64,000 nucleotides of DNA from a virus, in IMG/VR virus record IMGVR_UViG_3300036823_000117, positions 1-64,000 of that record, one strand, 5' to 3'. Positions 27,876-37,637 of this stretch are shown piece by piece (position 1 is the stretch's first letter; each line of letters opens with the position of its first letter). Both the position numbers and the translations under genes were made by a program. The notes beneath the pieces are model-generated. The model saw only the letters and a program-made list of their open reading frames with translations. It was not told where the DNA came from and ran no database searches.

Positions 27876-28736
27876 ATGAACAGCGACGGGCAGCGGCCCT
27901 GCGCCCGCGGGGTTTGGTGCGGGGCGGCCACCATCACGGTCGAGGACGGCCAGCGCGTCGTCACCCCCGCGTGGACATACCGCCCATTTTGCGAACCGTG
28001 TGAGCGGCACCTCGTCGGCCTCCTCGAAGGCATCCCCGACGACCCGGCCCGCAGCTTCGCGCAGCTCTACGGCCGGCTCGGCGCCGCGATCGGTGACCCG
28101 CAGCAAGCCGACGTCCACGTGCCCGCCCCGTTCGGACCGCAGACACCCATCCGCGAGGACATCGACGCCTGCATGCGGCTGACCGCCGTCACGCTCCGCG
28201 GCTGGGCGGCACGCACCAGGGCGGCCGCCCGCCTCACCGCGGCCCGCCACGCACCAGGCACCGCCGACGGAGTCGCCGAAGACGCCCGGGTGCTCGCGCT
28301 CAACATCACCGTCCTGCTGTCTCTCCAGCCCGGGTGGATGCGCCGCACCTACCGGACCCCCCTGTCCGACGAGCTGGCCGGCTGGCTCGCAGACGATGAG
28401 ATCATCAGCGTCTCCGACCACGACGTCACCGTCATGACCGAGGTTGACGGGGAAACCGCCGGCCAGGAATTGCTGCACCTGCACTACCTCGGCCGCAGGT
28501 GCTTGCTGGAGACCAACCCGCCGCCGGAGATATTGGTCATGCCGTGCCGGAAGTGCACCCACAGAGAGCTGCGCCGGGCTTACCCCGACGGAGAACGCGA
28601 CCTGTACTCCCGGTGCGCCCGGTGCAGCGACGAGATGACCGCACAGCAGTACGACGTGAACGCCCGCCGCTGGCGCGCGTACTACCAGGCCAAGCAGCGG
28701 AACCGTGCTGTTCTCGGGCCCGCAGTCGCAGCCTGA
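27876..28736 (+). CDS. zinc-binding protein, candidate late-gene regulator
   Basis: Multiple CxxC; immediately precedes a promoter plus terminator. Confidence 0.65.
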   Translation: MNSDGQRPCARGVWCGAATITVEDGQRVVTPAWTYRPFCEPCERHLVGLLEGIPDDPARSFAQLYGRLGAAIGDPQQADVHVPAPFGPQTPIREDIDACMRLTAVTLRGWAARTRAAARLTAARHAPGTADGVAEDARVLALNITVLLSLQPGWMRRTYRTPLSDELAGWLADDEIISVSDHDVTVMTEVDGETAGQELLHLHYLGRRCLLETNPPPEILVMPCRKCTHRELRRAYPDGERDLYSRCARCSDEMTAQQYDVNARRWRAYYQAKQRNRAVLGPAVAA

Positions 28737-28744
28737 GCACCTCC

Positions 28745-28822
28745 TTGCCAGGACGACAGACGATCCCGGTATGATCAACCTGCGAGACGAGTCTGCCCCG
28801 GTGCACCTGGCCGGGGCTTTTT
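28745..28822 (+). promoter_or_regulatory. promoter followed by intrinsic terminator
   Basis: TTGCCA-19-TATGAT then GCCCCGG...CCGGGGC TTTTT. Confidence 0.65.
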
Positions 28823-28841
28823 GCTTTCCTGGGGGTGGGGA

Positions 28842-29105
28842 TTGCTGGATGTCGCACCGGAGGTCATTACGCCGGGCCCGGACGGGTGCATTGACACTCG
28901 CCAGGCGGCACGCCTCTGCGATGTTTCACCGATAACCGTTCGCAATTGGATACACCGCGGCTGGCACGACGAAGACGGAAACATCTGCAAACTCCCCGTC
29001 AAGTACCGCTATAAGGGCCAGATCCGCCTCGACCCGGTAGAAGTCGCCAAAGCGGACTATGCCACTGCGGTCCGCGCTCGCCGTATCAGCGCCGCGGTGC
29101 TCTAA
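28842..29105 (+). CDS. HTH DNA-binding protein
   Basis: IDTRQAARLCDVSPITVRNWIHRG. Confidence 0.75.
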   Translation: MLDVAPEVITPGPDGCIDTRQAARLCDVSPITVRNWIHRGWHDEDGNICKLPVKYRYKGQIRLDPVEVAKADYATAVRARRISAAVL

Positions 29106-29237
29106 CCGCTGGCCGATGCCCCGGTAAGGGCCGGAATCACTCCGTTTCAGCGGAAGCGAAATGCGCTGTGCCGTCAGCAGACCGCGGGCATGGACGGGCC
29201 GGCCGCCAGCACCAACCACCCACCGAGGGGAGGCGGC

Positions 29238-29744
29238 GTGCATCTTCCCGATTTTCTCGCCGCGGTCCGGTCCGAGTTGAGCCCGCACCTGGAAACGCTG
29301 CGGCAGATCGAGCAGGGCGCCGTGACCGACGGAGACGCCGCAGAAAGAGACCTGGCCGCCCTCACCGCGTCGCTGATGCGCGACGCGGCGCACGGCGGTC
29401 ATGCAAGCCAGCTGGCCGAGATCCGCGCCGCGCTGGATCGAATCGAGCAAGCACAGGAGAAGATCGCCATGTCTCAGTCCGACATCGACGCCGCGACCGG
29501 CGCCCTCACTTCCGCAGCGTCCACGATCAGCGGCGTGGCCGCCGACCTGGAGACCGCCGAGGCGAACATCCAGGCCGAGATCACCGCCCTGCAGAACGCC
29601 AACCCCGGCCTCGACACCACGGCGCTCAACGCCGCTGTCACGGGCCTCTCGGCGCCGCTGTCGGCACTCCAGGCCGCGGACACGTCGGTGGACTCCCTGG
29701 AGACCCCGGCGGCTCCTGCGCCCGCTGAGCCGTCCGCCAGCTAG
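29238..29744 (+). CDS. coiled-coil protein with possible internal start at 29469
   Basis: GGGAGG RBS; internal AGGAG...ATG. Confidence 0.6.
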   Translation: MHLPDFLAAVRSELSPHLETLRQIEQGAVTDGDAAERDLAALTASLMRDAAHGGHASQLAEIRAALDRIEQAQEKIAMSQSDIDAATGALTSAASTISGVAADLETAEANIQAEITALQNANPGLDTTALNAAVTGLSAPLSALQAADTSVDSLETPAAPAPAEPSAS

Positions 29745-29842
29745 CAGCAGAAAACGGCGGGGTTCCGGCCCCGCCGCTGTTCGACCGCTGAGACTCCGGG
29801 GCCGGGCGAGGTGCGGCGCTGCGCCCGGCCCCGGTTCAGCGT

Positions 29843-30139
29843 TTACGACTTCCGTGCGGCCGGCCGCGGGCCGGTGCCTGACCCGGGGAGCGAGTCACGC
29901 CACGCCTTGATCTCGGGCAGGCGGGACGGTTTCCACCCCGGCAGCGTCCGGGTACCGGCCTCGTGCTCGTCGGCCAGCCCGATGTACACGTCCGGCGCGG
30001 GGAACGTCGCGGCGGCCCTGATGGCGGCCGGGGAGCGGAACGGGGAGTACCTCGTGCGCCACATCCGCACGTGCGACGGGTCGACGCCCATCTCGCGGGC
30101 AATGTCCGCGGAAGACAGGTAGTGTGCGGCGCGGGGCAT
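29843..30139 (-). CDS. AlpA-like HTH regulator
   Basis: YLSSADIAREMGV....VRMWRTRY...FPAPD...PGW. Confidence 0.75.
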   Translation of the reverse strand: MPRAAHYLSSADIAREMGVDPSHVRMWRTRYSPFRSPAAIRAAATFPAPDVYIGLADEHEAGTRTLPGWKPSRLPEIKAWRDSLPGSGTGPRPAARKS

Positions 30140-30202
30140 GACGATCCCTTTCTGTGTGATGCTACGGTTACGCGGTTAGGCTACACGTTACATTGCGGGC
30201 GA

Positions 30203-30406
30203 TCAGACTGCAAGCGCCCCGGCTGCCAGCACATCGGGCACTTCTCGCGTACGCGTAATTTGCCCAGGCCGGATCGTGACCTCGATAGCGGGGCGCCGGC
30301 GGCGCGCGTAGGCATCCCATCCGCGCGCCGGGCAGCTCACGGCCGCCTCGGCTGTCCCGTGCTTGTGGCCGCATCCTGTCGAGAAATACGTTTCCGCCGC
30401 AGTCAT
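30203..30406 (-). CDS. small hypothetical protein
   Basis: GAGGGGG RBS; CGHKH.T...A..C. Confidence 0.55.
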   Translation of the reverse strand: MTAAETYFSTGCGHKHGTAEAAVSCPARGWDAYARRRRPAIEVTIRPGQITRTREVPDVLAAGALAV

Positions 30407-30487
30407 GGCGTCCCCCTCGGTTTGATTGGTCGGCTGAAATGCCGTAGCGGCGGCCGTCGGTACGGGCACGGCCGCCGCTACGGCGCG

Positions 30488-30832
30488 TCAGACGTTGTTC
30501 GCGGGTGTGTTCTGGTCCACGATGCACCACGGCTCGCACGGCTTGCCGGCCGGCGCGTGGCACTCGGGGCACTCCATGTCCGGCGCTTCGGCCGGCCCGG
30601 TCTTGAAAACGGTGTCGCCGCCGACACAGATCCGCATGGGCACTTCCCCGTTGACCTCCATGTCGTCGGCGTCGTCCAGGTCGACGGACACGCGGAGCAG
30701 CCCGTCTTTGATGTAGGCGAACACGAGCACGCTCCCGATCCGGACGGCCGGCAGCGACATGGACTCCTCGGCCCGCGCGGGCAGGAATTCGGCGGCCAGG
30801 TTGACGGCCCGCTCCGCTGGCGTCTCGCTCAT
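30488..30832 (-). CDS. hypothetical protein with C-terminal zinc finger
   Basis: CPECHAPAGKPC. Confidence 0.65.
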   Translation of the reverse strand: MSETPAERAVNLAAEFLPARAEESMSLPAVRIGSVLVFAYIKDGLLRVSVDLDDADDMEVNGEVPMRICVGGDTVFKTGPAEAPDMECPECHAPAGKPCEPWCIVDQNTPANNV

Positions 30833-31299
30833 CGCCCGGCCTCCTGTGCCACGTAGGCGGCCACCCCGGCCGCGATCTGGTTGCCCGCCTCGGCCGCCTC
30901 CCGCAGCACCGCCAGCGCCAACTCCGCGCCGCCCAAATCCTGCCCGCTGCTGTCGCCCAGGCGCCGCATCGGAGAGAACAGCGAACGCACGGCCAGGCCG
31001 CCCGTCCCGTCAAGGTACAGAGCCCAGTGATACCCGCACTCCTCGCCATCGTGCGGCACGAAATCAAAGAACAGCTCCTGGTCCGTGGGCTGCCCGGTGT
31101 CCGCCAGAATCCCCGCGGCGAACGCGGCCAGCACCAGATCTGACGTCTCCGAGCCGTAATCACTGTCCACCCCGAATCCGTAAGTGCTCAGGATTCCGTC
31201 GGGCAAGCCCGGGCCCGTTGGGGCTAAGCCCTCGTTCGCATCGATTACCCGCGCGATCCACTCGCGGGCCTTGGCCTCGTCCAGCGTGAACCTGCTCAT
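30829..31299 (-). CDS. hypothetical protein (paralog of 31414-31905)
   Basis: MSRFTLDEAKAREWIARV. Confidence 0.75.
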   Translation of the reverse strand: MSRFTLDEAKAREWIARVIDANEGLAPTGPGLPDGILSTYGFGVDSDYGSETSDLVLAAFAAGILADTGQPTDQELFFDFVPHDGEECGYHWALYLDGTGGLAVRSLFSPMRRLGDSSGQDLGGAELALAVLREAAEAGNQIAAGVAAYVAQEAGR

Positions 31300-31320
31300 T
31301 GCTTCCCCTCGCTCGTGTTC

Positions 31321-31393
31321 TGTTAGCTACACACTAGGGCTACACGCTGTCCGTGTCAAGCACAATGCAGAAAGCCCGCGCCGTGGCGCGGGC
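31321..31393 (-). promoter_or_regulatory. repeated terminator-promoter cassette, copy 1
   Basis: Minus strand: hairpin then TTGACA-17-TAGTGT with GTGTAGC direct repeats. Confidence 0.85.
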
Positions 31394-31413
31394 CTCCCGA
31401 TCCTGCAACCTCG

Positions 31414-31905
31414 CTAGCCGGCGGCGTACGCGGCCAGCTCGTCGGCCATCGCGTTACCCATCGCCACCGCCTCCTGCAGCACGCCCAGGGCCAGCACCGC
31501 CCCGGTCATCTCCGCGGCCGTCCCCTCGAACACGTCCGCGCCGGCCAGCCCCTCAATCTCGTTGAACGCGGTAGCGGCATAGATCCCCGGCGACGTACCC
31601 CCCACGCTGAGCATCCAGTGATACCCGTCGTAGTCATCCGACCCGGCACCCGGGTCAAACTGGAAAGCCAGCCGCGGCGCGAACGGCTCGCCCGGCCGCG
31701 CGTCCGCGATGATCCCCGCGACCTGGGCGTTCCACACCAAGTCGTTGGTCGTGTTCCCGTCGTCGGCCCGCGTGGTCTCCACGCTGTAGTCCGCGTCAAG
31801 GTGCAGATCAGTGCTCTTGCGCCGCTCGAACGGTCGAGTCTCACCCGCGACGGCCCGGGCGATCCAATCGCGTGCCTGGTCCTCGTGAAGCGTGAACCTG
31901 CTCAT
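31414..31905 (-). CDS. hypothetical protein (paralog of 30829-31299)
   Basis: MSRFTLHEDQARDWIARA. Confidence 0.75.
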   Translation of the reverse strand: MSRFTLHEDQARDWIARAVAGETRPFERRKSTDLHLDADYSVETTRADDGNTTNDLVWNAQVAGIIADARPGEPFAPRLAFQFDPGAGSDDYDGYHWMLSVGGTSPGIYAATAFNEIEGLAGADVFEGTAAEMTGAVLALGVLQEAVAMGNAMADELAAYAAG

Positions 31906-31989
31906 GGTGTCCCCTCGTTGCTCGGTTGCCGGCTGGTCAGCCGCGGCGAGCCGGCGCGCGTCATGAGGCACGCTGGCCACCGTGGCGGG

Positions 31990-32292
31990 TCAGCGGGTCG
32001 CGTAGTTGATCGCCTGGGCGAGAACTTCCGCGGTCGGGGTGCGCGCCCACCCGCTGACCCGGTTGCCGTGCCCGTCCGACACCGGGCCGCCCACCCGGGC
32101 AAACTCCGGATCGACAGCTATGACTGCCTGCCAGAGCGTCAGCCCGAAACCGACGTCGGGATTCAAGACGATGGAATGCGCGTCGTCCCACGTCGCCTCG
32201 CCCGGCTGCTCCACGGCCGCCATCAGCCGGGCCCGCACGTCCTCGCCCAGTGCCCCGAACATGTTGCTCGCGGCGTTCAGGTCAATCTGCAT
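31990..32292 (-). CDS. hypothetical protein
   Basis: RBS; TWDDAHSI...TLWQAVIAVDP.F. Confidence 0.7.
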   Translation of the reverse strand: MQIDLNAASNMFGALGEDVRARLMAAVEQPGEATWDDAHSIVLNPDVGFGLTLWQAVIAVDPEFARVGGPVSDGHGNRVSGWARTPTAEVLAQAINYATR

Positions 32293-32462
32293 CTCGGTTC
32301 CCCTCGCCCCATACGCCCGTCGCCGGCCCTTCGCGGTCAGCGTCGCCGGGCTCGTTGATGAGCTGCCCGCTCGTGAATCCCTGCGCGGCCAGCTCCGACA
32401 CGCGCTCGAAATCGGCTTCGGTCGGCTCGCCCGTGAAAATGAGTTCCCACCACGTGGCCATG
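32282..32462 (-). CDS. small acidic protein
   Basis: MATWWELIFTG..; RBS. Confidence 0.55.
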
Positions 32463-32463
32463 T

Positions 32464-32682
32464 TCAGTCCTCCCACGTCTTTGCCCTGCCCAGGCTGAGC
32501 AGGTAAGCGGCTACTGCCTGCCGGTCCCAGATGGCCCCGGCCCCGGTCTGCGTCGATTCCGGCGCGGTTTCGTGCGTCCGCCGATCCATGAGCTGCGCGG
32601 CACGCTGCCGGCTGACGCCGGCCATCGCGCCGATATCCGAGACGCTCACCACGTCGGGCGCCGCACCATGCGGCCCGTTCAT
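32464..32682 (-). CDS. AlpA-like HTH protein
   Basis: VSDIGAMAGVSRQRAAQL...P.......IW....V. Confidence 0.72.
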   Translation of the reverse strand: MNGPHGAAPDVVSVSDIGAMAGVSRQRAAQLMDRRTHETAPESTQTGAGAIWDRQAVAAYLLSLGRAKTWED

Positions 32683-32999
32683 GCCAGGGTGACCAGGAAG
32701 TCGTCCGGCAGGTGCGTTCCGCCGACCCGGTGATCGGGGCCCACCTCGTAACTGGTCGCGTTCAGGTACGCGGAGCGGAGCGCGTCGCGGATGCCGTCGG
32801 ATGCGATCAGGGTTTCGCGTGCCGCTGCCACGTCGGCCTCTACGATGGCCTGTGCTTCCAGCGTGGTCCGCACGTCGCGGCAGTCCACGGGGGAGAACCA
32901 GTCGTCGCCAACCGGGAAAGTCTCCAGCGGCGTGATCCGGAACAGGCGCCCTCCTGCGCGCACGTGAAACGGCGTTGCCGGGATCGCGTCGGTCGTCAT
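32679..32999 (-). CDS. hypothetical protein
   Basis: GAGGGG RBS. Confidence 0.6.
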   Translation of the reverse strand: MTTDAIPATPFHVRAGGRLFRITPLETFPVGDDWFSPVDCRDVRTTLEAQAIVEADVAAARETLIASDGIRDALRSAYLNATSYEVGPDHRVGGTHLPDDFLVTLA

Positions 33000-33027
33000 C
33001 GTGTCGTCCCCTCGGTTCGTTGTCATG

Positions 33028-33106
33028 CCTGAACCTTACACGGTCAAGATGCCGCTGTCAAGTAAGACACGGAAGCCCGCACCGTATGGCGCGGGCTTCC
33101 GTGTGC
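33028..33106 (-). promoter_or_regulatory. variant terminator-promoter cassette
   Basis: Hairpin then TTGACA-17-TAAGGT with a CTTGAC direct repeat. Confidence 0.7.
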
Positions 33107-33118
33107 TTTCCCTGATGG

Positions 33119-34132
33119 TCAGGCGTCCGCCGCCTCCCGGCGGTCCGCCTCCGCCACGATGGCCGCCATGTCATCGGCCGACTTGCGGCCCATCACCTTG
33201 TGATACGGGATCGTGTCGGTCCAGGTGCAGCGGCCGCCGGCCTTGGTCACGACCGGCCCGTCGTTGATCATCGCGGGAATCGTCACGCTCTTAGCGCTCA
33301 CCCGGAGCACCTCGAACCACGTTCCGTGGAACAGCATGAAGTCACCCTTGGTGAAGTCGGCCCGCGACCAGAGCTTCACGCCGGCCGCCTCCTGGTCGGC
33401 GACGTGCTGGCGCCAGTAGGCCAGCTGGTCGGCTATCTCCGCGAGGCGGCCGGTGAGCCGCTCCAGGTATTCGCCCGTCGCCGGCTTGCCGTAGTTCATG
33501 TACGGGTCGGTTCCGTCCACGCGGCGCTGTAGCTTCCGCTGGTCGGCCTCCAGCTTTTCGATTCGCCGCTGTGTGGTGCGCACGTTCTCGCGTGACTGCT
33601 GGTGCGTGGCGGCCGACTCGGCTCGGCTCTCGTGGTAGTCGCGCTTGCCGATCTCTTCCAGGCCGCGGCGCATGTGGTTGTCCGCGCGTGCCAGGTCGCG
33701 GCGGTGGCGGCCTTCGCTGTGGTGCCCTACCAGGATCGGCTGACCGGGCGGGATGAAGTCGAGAATTGCGCGCTCAGCTTTCCAGTGCCCGTCGGCGCGT
33801 GCGTCCGCGGCCTGGGCGCGCTCCTCGTGGTATTCCGCGCGGCTGTCGGCGCGTGCGTACCGGTCGGCCTCCACTTCGGCGAACGGCCGCGGTGCCGACT
33901 CGTCAATTTCGACGGTGACCTCATGGCCGGCGGCGCGGAGCGCGGCGGCGGCGCGGTTGATCTTGTACCGGTCGGCGGTCTTGTCGCGCGACTGGCCAAG
34001 CCCGATCTGTGCGAGCGAGCGGAAGTAGCGCCAGTTGTCATGCAGCCCCTTAAGCAGCTCATAGACCCCGTCGCCCTTGCTCGAACCGTCGATCAGGGTC
34101 CCGTCAGCGTGCGTGTGGCCAATCGTGATCAT
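33119..34132 (-). CDS. DUF3560 domain protein
   Basis: IPPGQPILVGHHSEGRHRRDLAR. Confidence 0.88.
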   Translation of the reverse strand: MITIGHTHADGTLIDGSSKGDGVYELLKGLHDNWRYFRSLAQIGLGQSRDKTADRYKINRAAAALRAAGHEVTVEIDESAPRPFAEVEADRYARADSRAEYHEERAQAADARADGHWKAERAILDFIPPGQPILVGHHSEGRHRRDLARADNHMRRGLEEIGKRDYHESRAESAATHQQSRENVRTTQRRIEKLEADQRKLQRRVDGTDPYMNYGKPATGEYLERLTGRLAEIADQLAYWRQHVADQEAAGVKLWSRADFTKGDFMLFHGTWFEVLRVSAKSVTIPAMINDGPVVTKAGGRCTWTDTIPYHKVMGRKSADDMAAIVAEADRREAADA

Positions 34133-34159
34133 CGTGCCCCCCTGCTCGGTAGCCTTACC

Positions 34160-34240
34160 TGATAGATACACACTATGGATACGCGTTAGCGTTGTCAAGC
34201 CAGACACGGAAACCCGCGCGCCGTGACGGCGACGCGGGCC
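34160..34240 (-). promoter_or_regulatory. repeated terminator-promoter cassette, copy 2
   Basis: CTTGACAacgcTAACGCGTATCcaTAGTGTGTATC. Confidence 0.85.
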
Positions 34241-34268
34241 CTCGGTCGAACGTGTGACGCGCCCGGCC

Positions 34269-34496
34269 CTACCAATACGGATTCGTCCAGGGCCGCGCCT
34301 TGACAACGGTCCGCGCCGCGGGCAGGTCGCTGGCCGTAGTGCCCGCCTCCGCTTCGAAGGCACCCGGATACTCAGGGTCGTCGTACACCTCGAATCCGGC
34401 CGCCTCCAGTGCGCGCCGGAGCGCTGCGGTTGCGTCGTCGCCGCTGGCCGCTTCGATGTTGGCCACTACGGGCAACGATGTGTTGTAGATCGCCAT
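34269..34496 (-). CDS. hypothetical protein
   Basis: RBS. Confidence 0.6.
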   Translation of the reverse strand: MAIYNTSLPVVANIEAASGDDATAALRRALEAAGFEVYDDPEYPGAFEAEAGTTASDLPAARTVVKARPWTNPYW

Positions 34497-34593
34497 TGCT
34501 TGCGCCCTTCCGTTTTCTGTGATGTGCTTCCGGCCCTGCTGGCCGGCCAGGGCAGCGAACGCGCGGCACGCGCCCGCCACCCTGGCCGGCCAC

Positions 34594-34962
34594 CTAGCCG
34601 AGGGGCCAGATAGCCTCGGCCGCCGCGGTCAGGTGACGCGCACCAACCGCCAGCCGCAAAGCGCCGGCCAGCTGCCGGCGCAACTCCGGCCGCAGCACGA
34701 TAACCAGCGTGACCAGCACAGCAAACGCCAGCTCATCCAACGGGCCCGGCACAGCTAGAAGCGCCGCAGGCAGCCACCTAAGCCACCGCGGGAGCAACGC
34801 CACACCGAACCCTGCCAGGACCGCGACCACCCGTAGCGGCGTACTCCGCGCCACGGTCCGCCGGCCAGCCAGGACCACCCGGGCGAGCAACCGCCGGCCG
34901 GCCAGGATGACCCCCAGGGCCCGCACGTCGGCCGCACGCGCGGCCACCATGATCACGCTCAT
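34594..34962 (-). CDS. membrane protein
   Basis: Hydrophobic; VPGPLDE motif. Confidence 0.6.
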   Translation of the reverse strand: MSVIMVAARAADVRALGVILAGRRLLARVVLAGRRTVARSTPLRVVAVLAGFGVALLPRWLRWLPAALLAVPGPLDELAFAVLVTLVIVLRPELRRQLAGALRLAVGARHLTAAAEAIWPLG

Positions 34963-35007
34963 TACTTCCCCCTCGCTTGAATGCTGCTCGGATGCTTTCT
35001 GGACCCG

Positions 35008-35349
35008 CTAAGCCGGCAGGTGGCGCTGATACGCGCGCCGCGATGCCCGCGGCTGCGTCCATGCGTGCTGGCGCCACCCGCACCCGTCGCACTGGCCTAT
35101 GGCCTGCCCCGGGTACTCCTGGCCGTGAATCTCGCGGTACGCATGCGCCGGGCGCGGGTCACCCTCACCCGCGAACCGTGTCCGCGCCGCCGCTAGGTGC
35201 AGGTACAGCCCGTACGCGGTATCGGTCGGCGCGCGGCCGGCTACCGCGTCGTAGTAGGCGCGGTCAATCGCGGCCGTCATCCACGCGCCGCCCCACCCGT
35301 CGAATCGGTCGTTAATCCTGATCAGTTCGGTTACGGGGTTCTCGCCCAT
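35008..35349 (-). CDS. hypothetical protein
   Basis: AAGGAG RBS; CDGCGW. Confidence 0.6.
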   Translation of the reverse strand: MGENPVTELIRINDRFDGWGGAWMTAAIDRAYYDAVAGRAPTDTAYGLYLHLAAARTRFAGEGDPRPAHAYREIHGQEYPGQAIGQCDGCGWRQHAWTQPRASRRAYQRHLPA

Positions 35350-35379
35350 CTGGTGCTCCTTCCGCTTGCTCGGAATGTG

Positions 35380-36243
35380 TCAGGCCAGCACCGCGGCGAC
35401 CGCGGCCCGCTTATCTGCCCGCAGAAACATGGACCCGTCCGGGCGGACCCCCCACCACGCCCACCGCTTGAAACCGTTCGCCTTGTCTGTGACCTGGGCG
35501 CGGTAGGCGTGCCCGGCGCCTACTCCCCCGCGGCTGATTTCGACCCGGGCGCCGTCGTCTGTGTCGCGGGTGACGACTGGTCCGCGAACATGTCCAGCGT
35601 TCCCAGCGGGCACGCGGCCGGCGCCGGCGCCGGCTTCGGTTCCGGGAGCAGGTCGGGAAACAAGCTGCTCCCCGCGGTCTGCACAACCGCGCGGGCTTTC
35701 TTCCCCGGCGCTAGCGACTGGTCGAAATGAAGCGGGCTCATCTGGTCCCATGCCGTCATCAGCGGTGCCCCCATCGGTCGCGGCGCCGGCGTCCATGCCG
35801 GCGCGGTCCATGTCGTCGCGGTAAACCTGCTGTGCGTTCGCGTGCTGTGCCAGGTACGCGGTCACGGTCACCCGCGGGTTTTCCAGCCAGAAATTCGCCA
35901 GCTCTTCCGACGCGTGCGCCATGGCGAACCGCTCGCTTCCCGACCACAGCCGGAACGCGTCGGTCAAAGGCGAGCCGGCGCGGACCAGGTACCCGTTGGT
36001 GACTGCCTCCGCGGCCAGGTACTGCGCATAGGCCGCCTGCCGCCATTCCTCGCGGAGCGCGTTGTTCCGCGCGTTTACCTCACGCCAGTACGCGGCGGCC
36101 TGGTCGCGGCGGGTGACTATGGCCAGGATGACGCGCTGCAACTCGGCGTCGGCGTCCGCGCATGCCCGGGTGAACAGGGCGGCCAGGTCGTCGTCTGTGA
36201 GCTTGGCCAGGTCGGCCGGCTTCACGTCAAGTGCTGTGCTCAT
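35380..36243 (-). CDS. hypothetical protein, leaderless
   Basis: ATG directly after promoter copy 3; TNGYLV...LWSG.......ASEEL..FW...PR.T. Confidence 0.7.
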   Translation of the reverse strand: MSTALDVKPADLAKLTDDDLAALFTRACADADAELQRVILAIVTRRDQAAAYWREVNARNNALREEWRQAAYAQYLAAEAVTNGYLVRAGSPLTDAFRLWSGSERFAMAHASEELANFWLENPRVTVTAYLAQHANAQQVYRDDMDRAGMDAGAATDGGTADDGMGPDEPASFRPVASAGEESPRGCADRGEQLVSRPAPGTEAGAGAGRVPAGNAGHVRGPVVTRDTDDGARVEISRGGVGAGHAYRAQVTDKANGFKRWAWWGVRPDGSMFLRADKRAAVAAVLA

Positions 36244-36327
36244 GGCTACACACTAGCGCTACGGGTTACGTCTGTCAAGCACAACGCAGCAACCCCGCGC
36301 GCCGTACCGGCCGCGCGGGGTTTCTGC
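36244..36327 (-). promoter_or_regulatory. repeated terminator-promoter cassette, copy 3
   Basis: CTTGACAgacgTAACCCGTAGCgcTAGTGTGTAGC. Confidence 0.85.
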
Positions 36328-36337
36328 AGGTCACGTT

Positions 36338-36919
36338 CTACGACGGGCCGGCCGTGCCGTTCCGCCGCACGATGCACGACCCGCCGCCGACCTTGCCGCG
36401 TGTCGTGCCCGTGCCGCCCCACACGATCACGGACACCCCCGGGCCGGGCCGCCAGTGCACCCACCCGGGAAGCGCACGCGCCGGCGTCACGCTCGCCACG
36501 TCACCCGGGACCGAGCACACCCGCGCCGACCCGCCCCACTGCTCCGCCGTCATCGCAGCATCCGCAGCCGCAGTGAACGCCATCACGAATGCATCCCCCG
36601 AACGCGGGTCATTGACCGCGGCCGCCGTACGGGCCAGCGCCGGATCCCCCGCGCGGCGCAGCACCCGCGCCCACGCGGCCGCCCAGCTCGGCTCATTCCA
36701 CGGCAGCCCGTCCGAACCGATGACCAGGCCGGCCATGCGCGACACGTGCCGGTAAGCCGCGAGAAGCTTGGTGCAGTCCGGAACGGGCGCCGGGCGGGCC
36801 GCAGGCACGGTGGCAGCGTGCGCCAGCGCGGGCCCGGCAATTCCCGCCGAGCCGGCCAGCACGGCCGCCGCGGTAACGGTCACGGCCACGCGGGCCGCGG
36901 TGCGCATTGGGTTGCTCAT
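36338..36919 (-). CDS. secreted hypothetical protein
   Basis: Signal peptide with ALA/AHA cleavage motif. Confidence 0.65.
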   Translation of the reverse strand: MSNPMRTAARVAVTVTAAAVLAGSAGIAGPALAHAATVPAARPAPVPDCTKLLAAYRHVSRMAGLVIGSDGLPWNEPSWAAAWARVLRRAGDPALARTAAAVNDPRSGDAFVMAFTAAADAAMTAEQWGGSARVCSVPGDVASVTPARALPGWVHWRPGPGVSVIVWGGTGTTRGKVGGGSCIVRRNGTAGPS

Positions 36920-37000
36920 TGGTTCCCCCTACAGGTTGGTTTCGGTGAGCCCTAGCGGGCTGCACGCGCCACGGGCGGCACCCGCGGCGCATGCGGTGCG

Positions 37001-37213
37001 CTAGGCCGGCTTCGCTACGCTGAACGTCGTGAACTGATTGACCAGGTAGGTACGGCACAGCGCGTCCCTCACCGTGTCCGGCAGGTGACCGGCCAGGTCG
37101 GCGAACGTCTCGCCCGGGTCTAGCCCGTACTCACGCGCGTAGTCGGCGCGCTGCTCCGGGGTCATCTTGAACGTGATGGTCACGCTCGTGAATTCGTCTT
37201 GCTCGGTTGGCAT
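37001..37213 (-). CDS. hypothetical protein
   Basis: AGGAG RBS. Confidence 0.6.
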   Translation of the reverse strand: MPTEQDEFTSVTITFKMTPEQRADYAREYGLDPGETFADLAGHLPDTVRDALCRTYLVNQFTTFSVAKPA

Positions 37214-37289
37214 GTCGTCTCTCCTGTAGCTCGTGACCTGCCCTAGCTGGGCAACAAGGCCCGCGTGCAAGACGCGGGCCCGATGCCCG

Positions 37290-37637
37290 CTAGGACATGC
37301 ACAGCGATGCGGCCGCCGCGCCGGCCTGCAATTTCCAAAGCGTGTCCGGGTCAATGCGCGTGTCGGTCCGTACCTCTACCGACTGACCAGCGGCCAAAAG
37401 CAGCGTGCTCGTCTGCCCAACGAAATCAGCGTGCATCGCGTGAGTCATGCCAGTGATGCCGTTGTGCCGAACGTCGGTCACGACATGCCACCCGCCCATG
37501 TCGCGCACCAGGTCACCAGGCATCAGCGTTCGCCCGGGCCGGCTCTCGGACGTGACGAAACCTCCGGTCGGCGATGCGCCGGCCAGGTCGAACAGGATGG
37601 AATTCCCGTCCTTGCCAAGTGCGTCAATCGTGATCAT
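37290..37637 (-). CDS. hypothetical protein
   Basis: AGGAG RBS. Confidence 0.6.
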   Translation of the reverse strand: MITIDALGKDGNSILFDLAGASPTGGFVTSESRPGRTLMPGDLVRDMGGWHVVTDVRHNGITGMTHAMHADFVGQTSTLLLAAGQSVEVRTDTRIDPDTLWKLQAGAAAASLCMS

